Position numbers and translations under genes: made by a program | Source: Octopus sinensis | Lineage: Eukaryota | Direction of reading: 5' to 3' | NCBI RefSeq assembly: GCF_006345805.1 | Contig: NW_021826294.1 | Coordinates: 1 to 13,281 of the forward strand | Length of the DNA: 13,281 bases | Shown here: one piece after another, positions 1 through 9,328 of the stretch | Layout: every line of letters begins with the position of its first letter | How positions within the stretch are numbered: the first letter of the stretch is position 1 | The notes under the pieces: model-generated | The model's database searches: none | Told to the model about the DNA's origin: nothing | The model's input: only the letters and a program-made list of their open reading frames with translations

Positions 1-33
1 ATATAATATATATATACTATATATATAATAATA

Positions 34-62
<29 letters not shown>
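1..62. repeat. Imperfect (TA)n microsatellite
   Basis: Read directly from the sequence. A second TA tract lies at about 279-330. Confidence 0.95.
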
Positions 63-64
<2 letters not shown>

Positions 65-143
65 GATCAGCAATAATAAATCTCTGAACGAGGTATAACA
101 GAAGCTGCACGAAAATGTGAAGTATATTTGTCACTTTATGTGG

Positions 144-279
144 CTAACCACTAAGGGTGGATGTTACTGTAGCTTGTAGCCCCAGGAGAAACATCTTCTC
201 CAGCTGGGTATTGACAACTTTCTGTGCCCGATCGGTATTTGCAAAGGGAAACCATCCTTCCCATCGTCGACCTGATGAT
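144..279 (+). mobile_element. Possible retroposon (LINE/SINE) 3'-tail remnant
   Basis: GC-richer island ending in ...CATCGTCGACCTGATGAT and running straight into a TA microsatellite, as LINE tails often do. It resembles an interspersed cephalopod repeat from memory only. Confidence 0.3.
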
Positions 280-330
280 ATATATATATATATATATAAT
301 ATATATATATACATTATATAATATATATTT

Positions 331-362
331 AGGCGCATGCGTGGCTGTATAATAAGAAGCTT
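331..362 (+). mobile_element. 5' head fragment of a tRNA-derived SINE
   Basis: AGGCGCATGCGTGGCTGTATAATAAGAAGCTT is similar to the reverse complement of 10449-10480 (AGGCGCAGGCGTCGTTGTGAGGTGTGAAGCTT), the head of the SINE later in this window. Confidence 0.55.
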
Positions 363-395
363 TATTATTATTATTATTATTATTAGGATTATTAC

Positions 396-430
<35 letters not shown>

Positions 431-470
431 TATATTATTATTATTAGATTATTATATTATTTTATTATAT
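361..470. repeat. Imperfect (TTA)n microsatellite
   Basis: Read directly from the sequence. Confidence 0.95.
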
Positions 471-694
471 CAGTGACAAATCTAAATAATTGATGATAGC
501 AATAACATTATGGCAGCAAGCGATATAACATTAGACAGCTATAAATAATTTCTTAATTATATTAGGGGTGTATGAAGCACCAGCTTGCTAGGGAGTGGAG
601 TAAAAACCCAACTTAAACCTCTAATCTCACTGAAAATATTTAATGGACCAACACTAATTTTATGGTTATTGTTATTATCAATTATTTAGATTGT

Positions 695-697
<3 letters not shown>

Positions 698-729
<32 letters not shown>

Positions 730-743
730 TGATGATGATGATG

Positions 744-789
<46 letters not shown>

Positions 790-790
790 G

Positions 791-834
<44 letters not shown>

Positions 835-912
835 TGATGATGAGATGATGATAATATAATAATAAAATAATAATAATAATAATATAATAATAATAATAAT
901 TATAATAATAAC
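698..912. repeat. Compound (AAT)n/(GAT)n microsatellite
   Basis: Read directly. It explains the poly-N/D/L/I ORFs at 662-946. Confidence 0.95.
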
Positions 913-957
913 AACCACATCTTTTACGAATATTTATTTTGAACATGTATGTGTGTT

Positions 958-1087
958 CTGTGTCTGTGTTTGTTCTTCATCATCATTGATGAGAACCGGG
1001 TTGGCATATGTACGCCCACCACTACAAGTCGATGATCCAGCATGGCCACAGTCAAATGACTAAAACAAATAAAAGTGTAAAAGAGTA
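958..1087 (+). mobile_element. 3' half of the same SINE family, internally deleted
   Basis: CCAGCATGGCCACAGTCAAATGACTAAAACAAATAAAAG matches the reverse complement of 9504-9543 (CTTTTACTTGCTTCAGTCATTTTGACTGTGGCCATGCTGG). TGTGTTTGT...AACCG...TTGG...TACG also matches the reverse complement of about 9627-9672. Confidence 0.8.
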
Positions 1088-1167
1088 TATTATATATATT
1101 ATATATATATATATATATATACTCTTTAGTTATTTTGTTACTTTTAATTTTCGATTTAGCTCTATTG

Positions 1168-1168
<1 letters not shown>

Positions 1169-1225
<57 letters not shown>

Positions 1226-1256
1226 GATCTATCTATCATCTATCTATCTATCTATC

Positions 1257-1301
<45 letters not shown>

Positions 1302-1306
1302 ATACT

Positions 1307-1334
<28 letters not shown>
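1169..1334. repeat. (TATC)n followed by (TG)n microsatellite
   Basis: Read directly. It is the source of the YLSI-repeat ORF 1008-1367. Confidence 0.95.
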
Positions 1335-1338
<4 letters not shown>

Positions 1339-1941
1339 TATGCATGTTTAATAAATTGTGCTGTTAAATATCTCAAATAAGTCAACAACATGGATGATAA
1401 ACCAAAGAGCTGTTGCTGCATAGAATGACATATTGTGGATATATGCAAATTCTTAATTGGTCAAAGGAATCGGAAATCGTACTGCATTGGTTACATGTTT
1501 ACAAAGAGAAGCTGATCCTCATTGCACCTTGTCAGCATCGCAGAGTTAGGACAAGTTCACTTGACCATTAGATTTTTTAAACATATTAAAAAAGTTACAA
1601 GACCGAGTTGATCATATGGAAGTAATTCAAATAAACCTATGGCACAGATTGATATATTCATCTGGTTTTAGTATATTGAATTACATAAGCAATTAATTCT
1701 TAATGAAATGAAATTTGGAATTATTAATGAAACACTAGAATTAAATCTTAATTTTCATAAATTATCCTGCATTTCCTTTTAAATTGTTCTTTGATTGGGA
1801 AATATATACAGAAATCTAGCACTCAACTTTTCACAAAATATCCCGCATCTTTCAGCATTGAATACTTTTTTTTATTTAATTTACTAAGAATGTAAAAGTC
1901 ATTGTTTTTCACTCCCTTTTCCTTATATATATATATATTAG

Positions 1942-2529
1942 AAGGTTTGGAGATGATGTACAGGTATTTTCCTATGATCGTTTGCGCTTCATATTCTTAT
2001 AGATGAACCACTTTTCGTACGCTTTCAAAAAACGTATTTTTCATACCCTTTCGTACTATCTTAAAAAAAAGCTCATTTTCTTCACTTTTCTGCAGTGAAT
2101 CACAGATGGAAATCTTTCGGGTAAAGTTGTCCTCATTCAATTGATATGGGACCAAAACATCGAGCCTTCTGAGGAAAATGAGCTTTTGTTTTTTGAAGAT
2201 AGTACGAAAGGTTACGAAAAATACGTTTTTTGAAATTGATACAGATGGATTTCCTTACTCGATTCAGGTATTTTGAAAACAACTGTGATCATCCCAGTCA
2301 TATAATGAGGCTTGGTGTTGCCTAACTCCATTTTAATCTCAGGTGGCTAACCAGAGCGACGGAAAAATTTTCCGATCGAAATCTTGAAAATCACTTCTGG
2401 CACACACACTCCGTAATGGCATCCTCTCCTTTCACCACGCATATGTTCCTGCAGGTTTTCAGAGCTTTCCTTGCCTTCTTTAGAATAAAAAAGCACGAGG
2501 TATCTATAATGTTAATTCTGCCTCGTCAT
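1942..2529 (-). pseudogene. Mariner DD34D transposase pseudogene, N-terminal half
   Basis: Manual minus-strand translation across frameshifts: MTRQN*HYRYLVLFYSKEGK / KALKTCRNICVVKGEDAITECVCQK*FSRFRSENFS / RSG*PPEIKMELGNTKPHYMTGMITVVFKIPESSKEIHLYQF / RLDVLVPYQLNEDNFTRKISICDSLQKSEENELFFKIV / YEKWFIYKNMKRKRS*. These are, in the correct order, the two HTH domains, the RSGRP linker, the WVPHEL motif and the TGDEKW motif. Confidence 0.9.
2023..2235. repeat. Inverted repeat with arms 2023-2084 and 2170-2235, inside the mariner fossil
   Basis: By eye the arms are reverse complements, with about 3 substitutions plus a length difference in a T/A run. The spacer is 85 bp. Confidence 0.95.
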
Positions 2530-2792
2530 TTTCAAGGTGATCTCAAGGTGATGATGCGAAAGGCACAGATTGAGGTTAGCTACTTATTAGAATGCTTGAA
2601 ATTTAGTAACGACTAAAACCGATCAGACTTTTTACCCAACCCAATACTTGCTCAATACTCTTTACTCAATACCATGATTCACATGCTTGGCTATTCTAGA
2701 AACAGCTGTAAGAGATTTGTTTGTATTCTCTGATTAAGTTAAATGTTTTTCGAGTTATGCTAAATGTTTTGCTTTCTTATTTTCTGTTTTAA

Positions 2793-2884
2793 TCTATCTG
2801 TCTATCTATTTATTTATCTGTCTATCTATGTCTGTATTCCTCTCTCTCCCTCTCTCTATATATGCCTCTGTGTGTGTATATGTA

Positions 2885-2929
<45 letters not shown>
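2793..2929. repeat. Compound TCTA/TC/TG/(TA)n microsatellite
   Basis: Read directly from the sequence. Confidence 0.9.
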
Positions 2930-2932
<3 letters not shown>

Positions 2933-4797
2933 ATGCCTCTGTGTGTGAGTATACACACATATGATGAATATACGTATGTATATAAGGAAGCGAAATGTTC
3001 GTGCTTATAACAATTGTGACACTGGTTTACTAAAGAAAATATTCATAGATTACTTTTCTTATTTGTTCCTCAAGTCTACATTGATCGCAACCTTACCGAC
3101 AATCCTTCGTGTGTGGTCCTTTCAGGAATTTTAATATCATTTCTTATAACTTAGTAACAGAGTTATCTTTCTCTTATTTTATTGATAAACGAATTCTGAT
3201 AGATTTATAGTGATTAAATACAGCAACTGTTAGCTTTCTCTTTATCGACTATAATAACTATTACTACACCTATATTTATTAATTACACAGATGTAATACA
3301 ATAATAATATATGTAATTTCGTACTTATATATACACGTGTTCTGCAAAATGGGTGCTTATGCGTCTCCCCACTTGCCAACCTTCGTATCAACCAATCCCA
3401 TATGATATAAGGATTAATGAAAACATCGTAACGCGTGAAAACATCCCTTGCTGTGTCTCTAGGTCGTCGATCGATCTGATTAATATAGCAACAAAATTTC
3501 CATTGGATCACAGTTTTCGGTCTTGAAAACCAAAGAACTCGCCTGGCTGTATGGTCTTAGATACATAAAAGACAGGATTGTCATAGCTAGCATGATTTTT
3601 AAGCACAATTCTCTCTCAAGATGGAGATAGGCATAAACACTACCAATAACAACATTAGCAATAATAATAACAACAGTAAGAGCTCCATCATTCCAAGAGT
3701 GTAATGTTCCCCCTTTCTGGAAATGTCCAAGACTTTTACCATTGGTAATTATGAAATACACAATGGAAGTATAGAATTAACGGTCAAAAAACTTATTTAG
3801 GATTTGCACCAGCTATTGTTCTTTTTGTTGTTAGTCCTGATCCAGTGTATCCTGATGCACCGTGACCATCACATTTGATTAATCGGACATTATATCCTGG
3901 ATTGCATCATCTAACATATCTTTGGTCGTTTAGATTTAACTACTTTTTCTAAGAAGTCGAACGGCCAAATAACAGTTATCGGTGTTAACTTGTTTGACGT
4001 CAGTTTTTTAAGTATCGCAGCTGTCGCAATGCTTTAGTGACAATAAAACATTCAGCAAATTGTTGAAATTGTCACATTGATAAAAATATTTCTGGAAAAA
4101 TGAAATAAAAATATATAGTTATTAGACATCATAGAGAAAATTAATAACTATTTATTTCAAAAATATGTCACAAACTGTGATAAAGAGGAAGTGCTAATAG
4201 CGAAGATGTTTCGCCTGATTGTCACACATTTATACTTCTGGAAGGAGTCAATTACAGCCGATTAAACTGATACACGTACTTTAGTGATACTTATCGAAAT
4301 TTGGGAGAAAAAGTCATGGAAGAAATAGTAACAGAATAAGCTGCACAAAATAGTTTTTAAAAACGTCGCAGGAAAACTTTAGTAAATGGCCAATTTAATT
4401 TTGTGTTTCATTGTTTTGCTTAAGATATGTAAAACGACTTTTTTTTTACCACAGACATGCAAATGATATTATGTAAATTATGTGTAAGTCATACATTATT
4501 AGTAAAATAAAAGGTCATCACTGTTATTTATTTTATTACTTTAAATATTATTTATGGTATTCAAATGAAGTCTGACATATTTTCCCGTGTTTTTTTTTTA
4601 GACCTAATTAGGATTATATATTTTTTTGTTTGAATATTTTCTCTTGTGACGATATTTCTCTTTCTCACTGTTTTGATCTGAGAATAATAACTGAAAGGAT
4701 GTTTTTAAGTAAAATCTTTATTAACAGCATTAATGCATTAATGTCTCTTGGAAAACCTTAATTTTAAAATTACTTTAATTACATACATACCTACCTC

Positions 4798-4806
4798 TGT
4801 GTGTGT

Positions 4807-4853
<47 letters not shown>
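4798..4853. repeat. (TG)n microsatellite
   Basis: Read directly from the sequence. Confidence 0.95.
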
Positions 4854-4854
<1 letters not shown>

Positions 4855-4869
4855 ATGTCTGTGAGTAAT

Positions 4870-5460
4870 ATTTCGAACTAGTGAGTATTTCAATACTGAT
4901 GTATTGAGTAGAGCAGTTTGGGCTGCCTAATGTCATCCGCAGTCGGGGTATATTTCCGGTGGATCCACTTCAGGAATTCCGCAGTGTTAGTTGAGATAAT
5001 AATCGATTAAAGAAACAGAAGATGGAATTGGTATAACTCTTTATTTCGTACGACGATCATTTCGACCCATCCTGCGACTGGCATTAATGGGTGGGATGCT
5101 GTGCATCATATTGCCATCTGAGTCACATCAGGTACATTCATAGATAAAGTGGCGTCTCGCTAAAGATCTTGACTTTGGGCGGTCGCGTTATTTTCCCGCT
5201 TCAGTTAGGGAATGGGGTATTGGTACAATTGTCCTTATTTGTAAATATCCATAACAGATAATAGTAAATACTTGTAAATATAAACATATAAACTGTAAAC
5301 AAGAAAGAAAGAAAGAAAAAACAAAAAAAATTTTTATCAAGGAAAAGTAAATGTGAGAGGGAAAGACAGACATATAGATGCACATATATATGCGTGATCA
5401 GGTGTGAGCGATTAAGTGAGTGCGTTTATGTGTGTTTGTGAGTACGTGTGTTTATAATAA
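4870..5460 (-). mobile_element. Putative Penelope-like pseudo-LTR or retrozyme-type non-autonomous element (boundaries approximate)
   Basis: On the minus strand a pyrimidine/T-rich tract is followed by a GC-richer segment, the hammerhead motif and AATAAA. This layout is known for Penelope pLTRs. No RT or GIY-YIG coding sequence is visible. Confidence 0.45.
5047..5136 (-). ncRNA. Minimal type I hammerhead ribozyme motif with one core deviation
   Basis: Minus strand reads UGUAC-CUGAUGU-GACUCA-(49 nt)-UGGGUC-GAAA-UGAUCG-UC-GUACG. Stem I is UGUAC/GUACG, stem II is GACUCA/UGGGUC, and stem III is minimal with a palindromic GAUC loop. The cleavage triplet is GUC (cut between 5052 and 5051). AATAAA follows at 5045-5040. 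A9 of the CUGANGA box is U here. Confidence 0.75.
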
Positions 5461-6624
5461 TATCACAAATTAAAATACATTTCATTGAGTTGTTTTTCAT
5501 ATTTCTCGTTTGGTTGTATTGAAAAGTATTTCAAATTAGGTATGTAAATTCAGAGATTCTAAAAGATTTGAACACGTGTTATACATACTACAGCATTTAA
5601 TACATTAAAGATTTAAGAAGGTATTCTAACACTAGGTTAAATTTGAAAGTGACAGAGTAGAAAAATTGGAAAAATAAAAAATAAAACAACAAAAAACCCC
5701 ACAAACTATGTTTGGTAAAAAAAGAAAAGAAAAAAGAAAAGACAGAAACAGAAATACTTATTCATAAATTAAGAGGAAAGAATGACGAAATATCCGTCAG
5801 CATAAAGAGAATATAGAGAGCGGGACGTCTCGAAACGTGGACTGATTGAATCGAATGCTTAGCACAACTTGAGCCCCAAACCATATCTAAAGAAGATAAT
5901 TTTCTAGATGCAGTTAGGTGTAAGTTCATTTATCTAGTATAGAGCAAAATAGAACAGAAAAATAACGTCGAATGGATGTGTCATATATATATATATATAT
6001 ATTTTCTGTTTGCATTATTTGGTTGCCATGGGTAAAAATGGCATTGTGCTAAAGGCCAAAATTTTAGCTTTCATTTGCATAATCAACCGTGAAAATATAC
6101 CAGAAAAAGTATCAAATTTCACAAAATTTCAAGTAATTTTTGAATTATTTTTGTGATTTTACATGCACGCGTAAAAGTGCAATAATTTTGTCGACTTGGC
6201 CGCGGCCAAGCTTGCTTTGGTTATCGATTTTTTTCTCCCCTTAATCCTTTCATATTTTTCTACCAATTTGTATTCTGAATTTTTTTATGCTATTTAACAT
6301 GTAGTTAGAATAGATTTTTATAATTAAAACCAATTTTGATGTCTTCCTGACTCAATTGTTTGGGGGTTGAAGATAAGGCTACAGAAGGCTTCTTTCTAAT
6401 CGCGGGTACACGTAGGTCTTTTGGAGTGGTCATTAGCATCGCGCAGCGATGCCATCAGCTATGGAAATGATGAGAAGGAGTGGAAGAAGAGAAAGAAGAA
6501 CAAGAAGATAAAGACGAAGAAAAAATATTAAAAAATAAGAAAAAGAAAGAAGAGAACAATAAAAAGTAACTAGGCAAAGAAGACGAACAAAAGAAAGGGA
6601 AAAGGAGACAATACCACCACCAAA

Positions 6625-6655
6625 ACCCGAGCGAAGCACGGGTCAAAATAGCTAG
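6625..6655 (+). mobile_element. Helitron-like 3' terminus
   Basis: GC-rich hairpin ACCCGAGC-GAA-GCACGGGT (6625-6643, one mismatch), then 8 nt, then CTAG (6652-6655) followed by T. This is the canonical Helitron 3' signature. The 5' end was not located and may lie near 5981. Confidence 0.6.
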
Positions 6656-6754
6656 TCTAATCTATAAAAATACAAATCAATAATGTTTCATATATCATCA
6701 ATATGATGGCTGCCCCCTTGTTATCGAGTATGGCCATTGCACGAAGCTTAACTA

Positions 6755-7412
6755 TTATTGGTACTGTGATCGAATGTGATTTTTTAGCCGAGCCAAAGAT
6801 CGACAATGTCTTGTACAGAATTGGCAGCTAAAACCTTTACCGGCAATAGCCAGCTGTAGTTGTTACTGGGCTTCATGTATCTTTGCATGTCGTCTAAGTC
6901 CTCCTGCCGAATTACACTCTCTTCCACATGCCCGACAGATATGATTAGTATGGTGTGTTACACCACCACCAGTTGCCAGGTTGTCACTCATCTGTCTCGT
7001 TTTATGACTACGAAGATGACTCATGAGTCCAGCTTTACTGAGGCAGAGTCTTGCACAGACACTGCATGTCAGCATCATAGGAAGACCCTTCCCATCTGGA
7101 AGTGTAACAGCGATGTCCTTCCTGACATTCCTCCTTACTTTCTCATGCGCAACTCGAGATTTCTCAAAAGTAGCTGTTCCCTCGTGCACAACCTTCTCCA
7201 CCTGCTACGATCAATAGCTATGCCCTCCCATGTGTCAGGAGAGATGCAAGCATCTCTTAAGGAAGCCTTCAGCAAGTCCTTATACCTCTTTTGGTTTATG
7301 TGGAGGTCGTTCTCCTTTAGCTAACTCTCCATAATAGAGTTGTTTTGGCATCCTTGAATCCTTCATCCTGACCTGATGACCACTCCATCTGAGACTTTGC
7401 TTTAACACTATG
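6755..7412 (-). pseudogene. C-terminal part of the RTE ORF with three C2H2-type zinc fingers
   Basis: Manual translation gives IVLKQSLRWSGHQVRMKDSRMPKQLYYGELAKGERPPHKPK / RYKDLLKASLRDACISPDTWEGIAIDRSRW, the typical RTE post-RT motifs. It continues with CSVCARLCLSKAGLMSHLRSH and CRACGRECNSAGGLRRHAKIH. Past an in-frame stop at 6865-6863 comes CQFCTRHCRSLARLKNHIRSQ, ending TAA TAG at 6757-6752. Confidence 0.9.
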
Positions 7413-9328
7413 TGCTATACTGATGACGAAAAAATTTCTTTCTACCATGCTTTGGAGGGCATTATAAGAAATATCCCTCGGGCAGACAAAGTCATCGTAC
7501 TGGGTGACTTTAATGCTAGAGTGGGTAGGGATTTTAACACATGGACTGTAATTGGAAAGCATGGGGTGGGGAAGTGTAATAGTAATGGCATGCTTTTGCT
7601 GCAGATGTGTGAGGAGCTGAGTCTGTATGTTACCAATACCATGTTTCAACGAAAGAATAAGTTTAAGACCACATGGATGCATTCTGCATCTAAAGAATGG
7701 CATATTCTGGATTACATCCTTGTTAGGGTGCGTGACAGACAGGATGTGCAGTGTGTTCGTGTTCTTCGTGGAGCTGAGTGTTGGACTGACCACCGCCTAG
7801 TACGTGCAAAAGTGAAATTAGTCACAAAACATAAAATCCGAACTGCAGGGATTACCCTGCCTAAAAGACTGAATGTTGATCGTCTTAGGTGTAATAGTGT
7901 GAAGAGAACTTTACGAGAGGAAATGAATGCTGCAGATATTGGGGAGGATTGGCCGACCCTTAAAAGTCAGTTTATGATATAGGCAAGAAAGTTCTGGGAT
8001 TGATACAAAGAAAGCATCAAGTTTGGTTTAAAGAAAATGAACATATAGATGATTTACTGGCTGATAAAAGACGTACTTTGTCATGCTATTTGTCAGCAAA
8101 GCCACAGGAAAGGGAGATGTTGCATAGGGAACTCAAGGATGTAAAATCACGTGTGAGGCAAAGACTCTCTCAGATGAGGGATACGTGGTGGTGTAAGAGG
8201 GCTGATGAGATACAGGTGGCGACGGATTCTAGTAACACAAAGATGTTGTATGGTCTTTTGCGAGAAGTTTATGGACTGACGTCTTCTCTGATGACACTAC
8301 TTCGAAGCAGGGATGGTAAAGAACTTCTTCGTGATTCACAAGGAATTCTGCGAAGGTGGCACGAACACTTTGATGAACTTTTGAATCAGCAGTCTGTAGT
8401 TAGTGAGGATGTTTTCAATCTCATCCCTGGATTACCTGTGAAGGCAGCACTTGCAGAACCTCCAAAGCTGGAAGAAGTTGCAGTGGCTGTCTCAAGGTTA
8501 AATAATGCGAAGTCTCCGGGTATGGATGACATACATGCGAAGTTGTTACAGCATGGTGGTGAGAAACTTCTGCAGAAACTTCACTCTTTGTTTGGTAAGG
8601 TATGGACTAGTGAATCTGTACCTGAGGAATGGAGAGATACAGTAATGGTGGTCTTGTATAAGGGAAAGGGCAACAGGAATGATTATGGTAATTATAGGAG
8701 AGTATCATTGCTTTCTGTCGTAGGAAAGATTTTATGCAGGATACTTCTGGATCGTCTGCTGAAACACGTTGCAGATTGTGTTCTTCCACAAAAGTCAATC
8801 TGGCTTTCGTGTGGGACGTGGCACTGTTGATATGATCTTTTCAGCTAGACAGCTTCAGGAGAAGTGTGTGGAACAAGATCTGGATTTGTATCAAGTTTTT
8901 GTCGATCTGACAAAAGCCTTTGATACCGTTAATAGAAAATCATTTTGGGAAGTCCTCCAGAAACTTGGGTGTCCTGAAAATTCCTTGCTTTGGTTAGGTC
9001 TTTTCATGAAGGGTAGGGTTAATGTTAGAGGGAAAATGTCGGTGCCCATTTCAAAACAAAATGGAGCGAAACAAGGGAATATTCTGGCACCGCCCCTATT
9101 TGCCATATATTTTGCGATGGTGTTCTGTATTGCATTCAGAAATTGCAGCATGGTGTTTACATCCATTATCGAACCTCTGTCAGCATATCAGGCGCTTTGC
9201 TGCAAAAACAAAGGTATTTATCTCTATCATAAGTGACCTTTTGTATGCAGATAATTGTGAGCTAGTAGCGCACACGGAGATTGATATGTAACACATTTTG
9301 AATGCATTCTCTGATGCTTGCACTGCCT

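Larger units (their letters stand above)
1942..2646 (-). mobile_element. 3'-truncated mariner DNA transposon fossil (mellifera-subfamily-like)
   Basis: The minus strand begins TA-TTGGGTTGGGTAAAAAGTCTGATCGGTTTT (2646-2615), a typical mariner TIR after a TA target. A degenerate transposase starts about 115 bp inside. No second TIR was found, and the element ends at a TA tract near 1940. Confidence 0.9.

Noticed and set aside
662-1367. ORFs rich in poly-N/I/L and YLSI repeats
   Set aside because: They are translations of microsatellites, with no domain or splice evidence.
1381-1620. Moderately complex stretch with a faint hAT-transposase flavour across frames
   Set aside because: It needs several arbitrary frameshifts and shows no diagnostic motif.
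2416-2616. 66-aa plus-strand ORF
   Set aside because: It is the antisense shadow of the mariner fossil.
3242-3761. Two overlapping minus-strand ORFs (93 and 89 aa), one with hydrophobic segments
   Set aside because: No recognisable family motif, and part of the hydrophobicity comes from a short AAT/AAC repeat. An exon cannot be excluded without BLAST or RNA-seq.
3826-3920. Loose resemblance to a retroposon 3' tail on the minus strand, with a similar hint near 12895-12940
   Set aside because: Too diverged to support from the sequence alone.
4945-4976. Second hammerhead-like core on the minus strand (CTGAAGT-GGATCCACCG-GAAA)
   Set aside because: Stem II is out of register, and there is no stem III, NUH triplet or stem I.
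5781-5845. TGACGA...CGGGACGTCTCGAAACG, a possible decayed hammerhead
   Set aside because: The core C is missing, stem II needs several back-mutations, and no cleavage triplet or stem I is in register.
6433-6646. Hydrophobic minus-strand ORFs, also at 5188-5385 and 12189-12422
   Set aside because: They are by-products of purine-rich low-complexity tracts.
6860-9166. Opposite-strand ORFs overlapping the LINE (6860-7324, 7023-7217, 7317-7793, 7442-7642, 8607-8798, 8891-9166)
   Set aside because: They are antisense or off-frame shadows of the RTE coding sequence.
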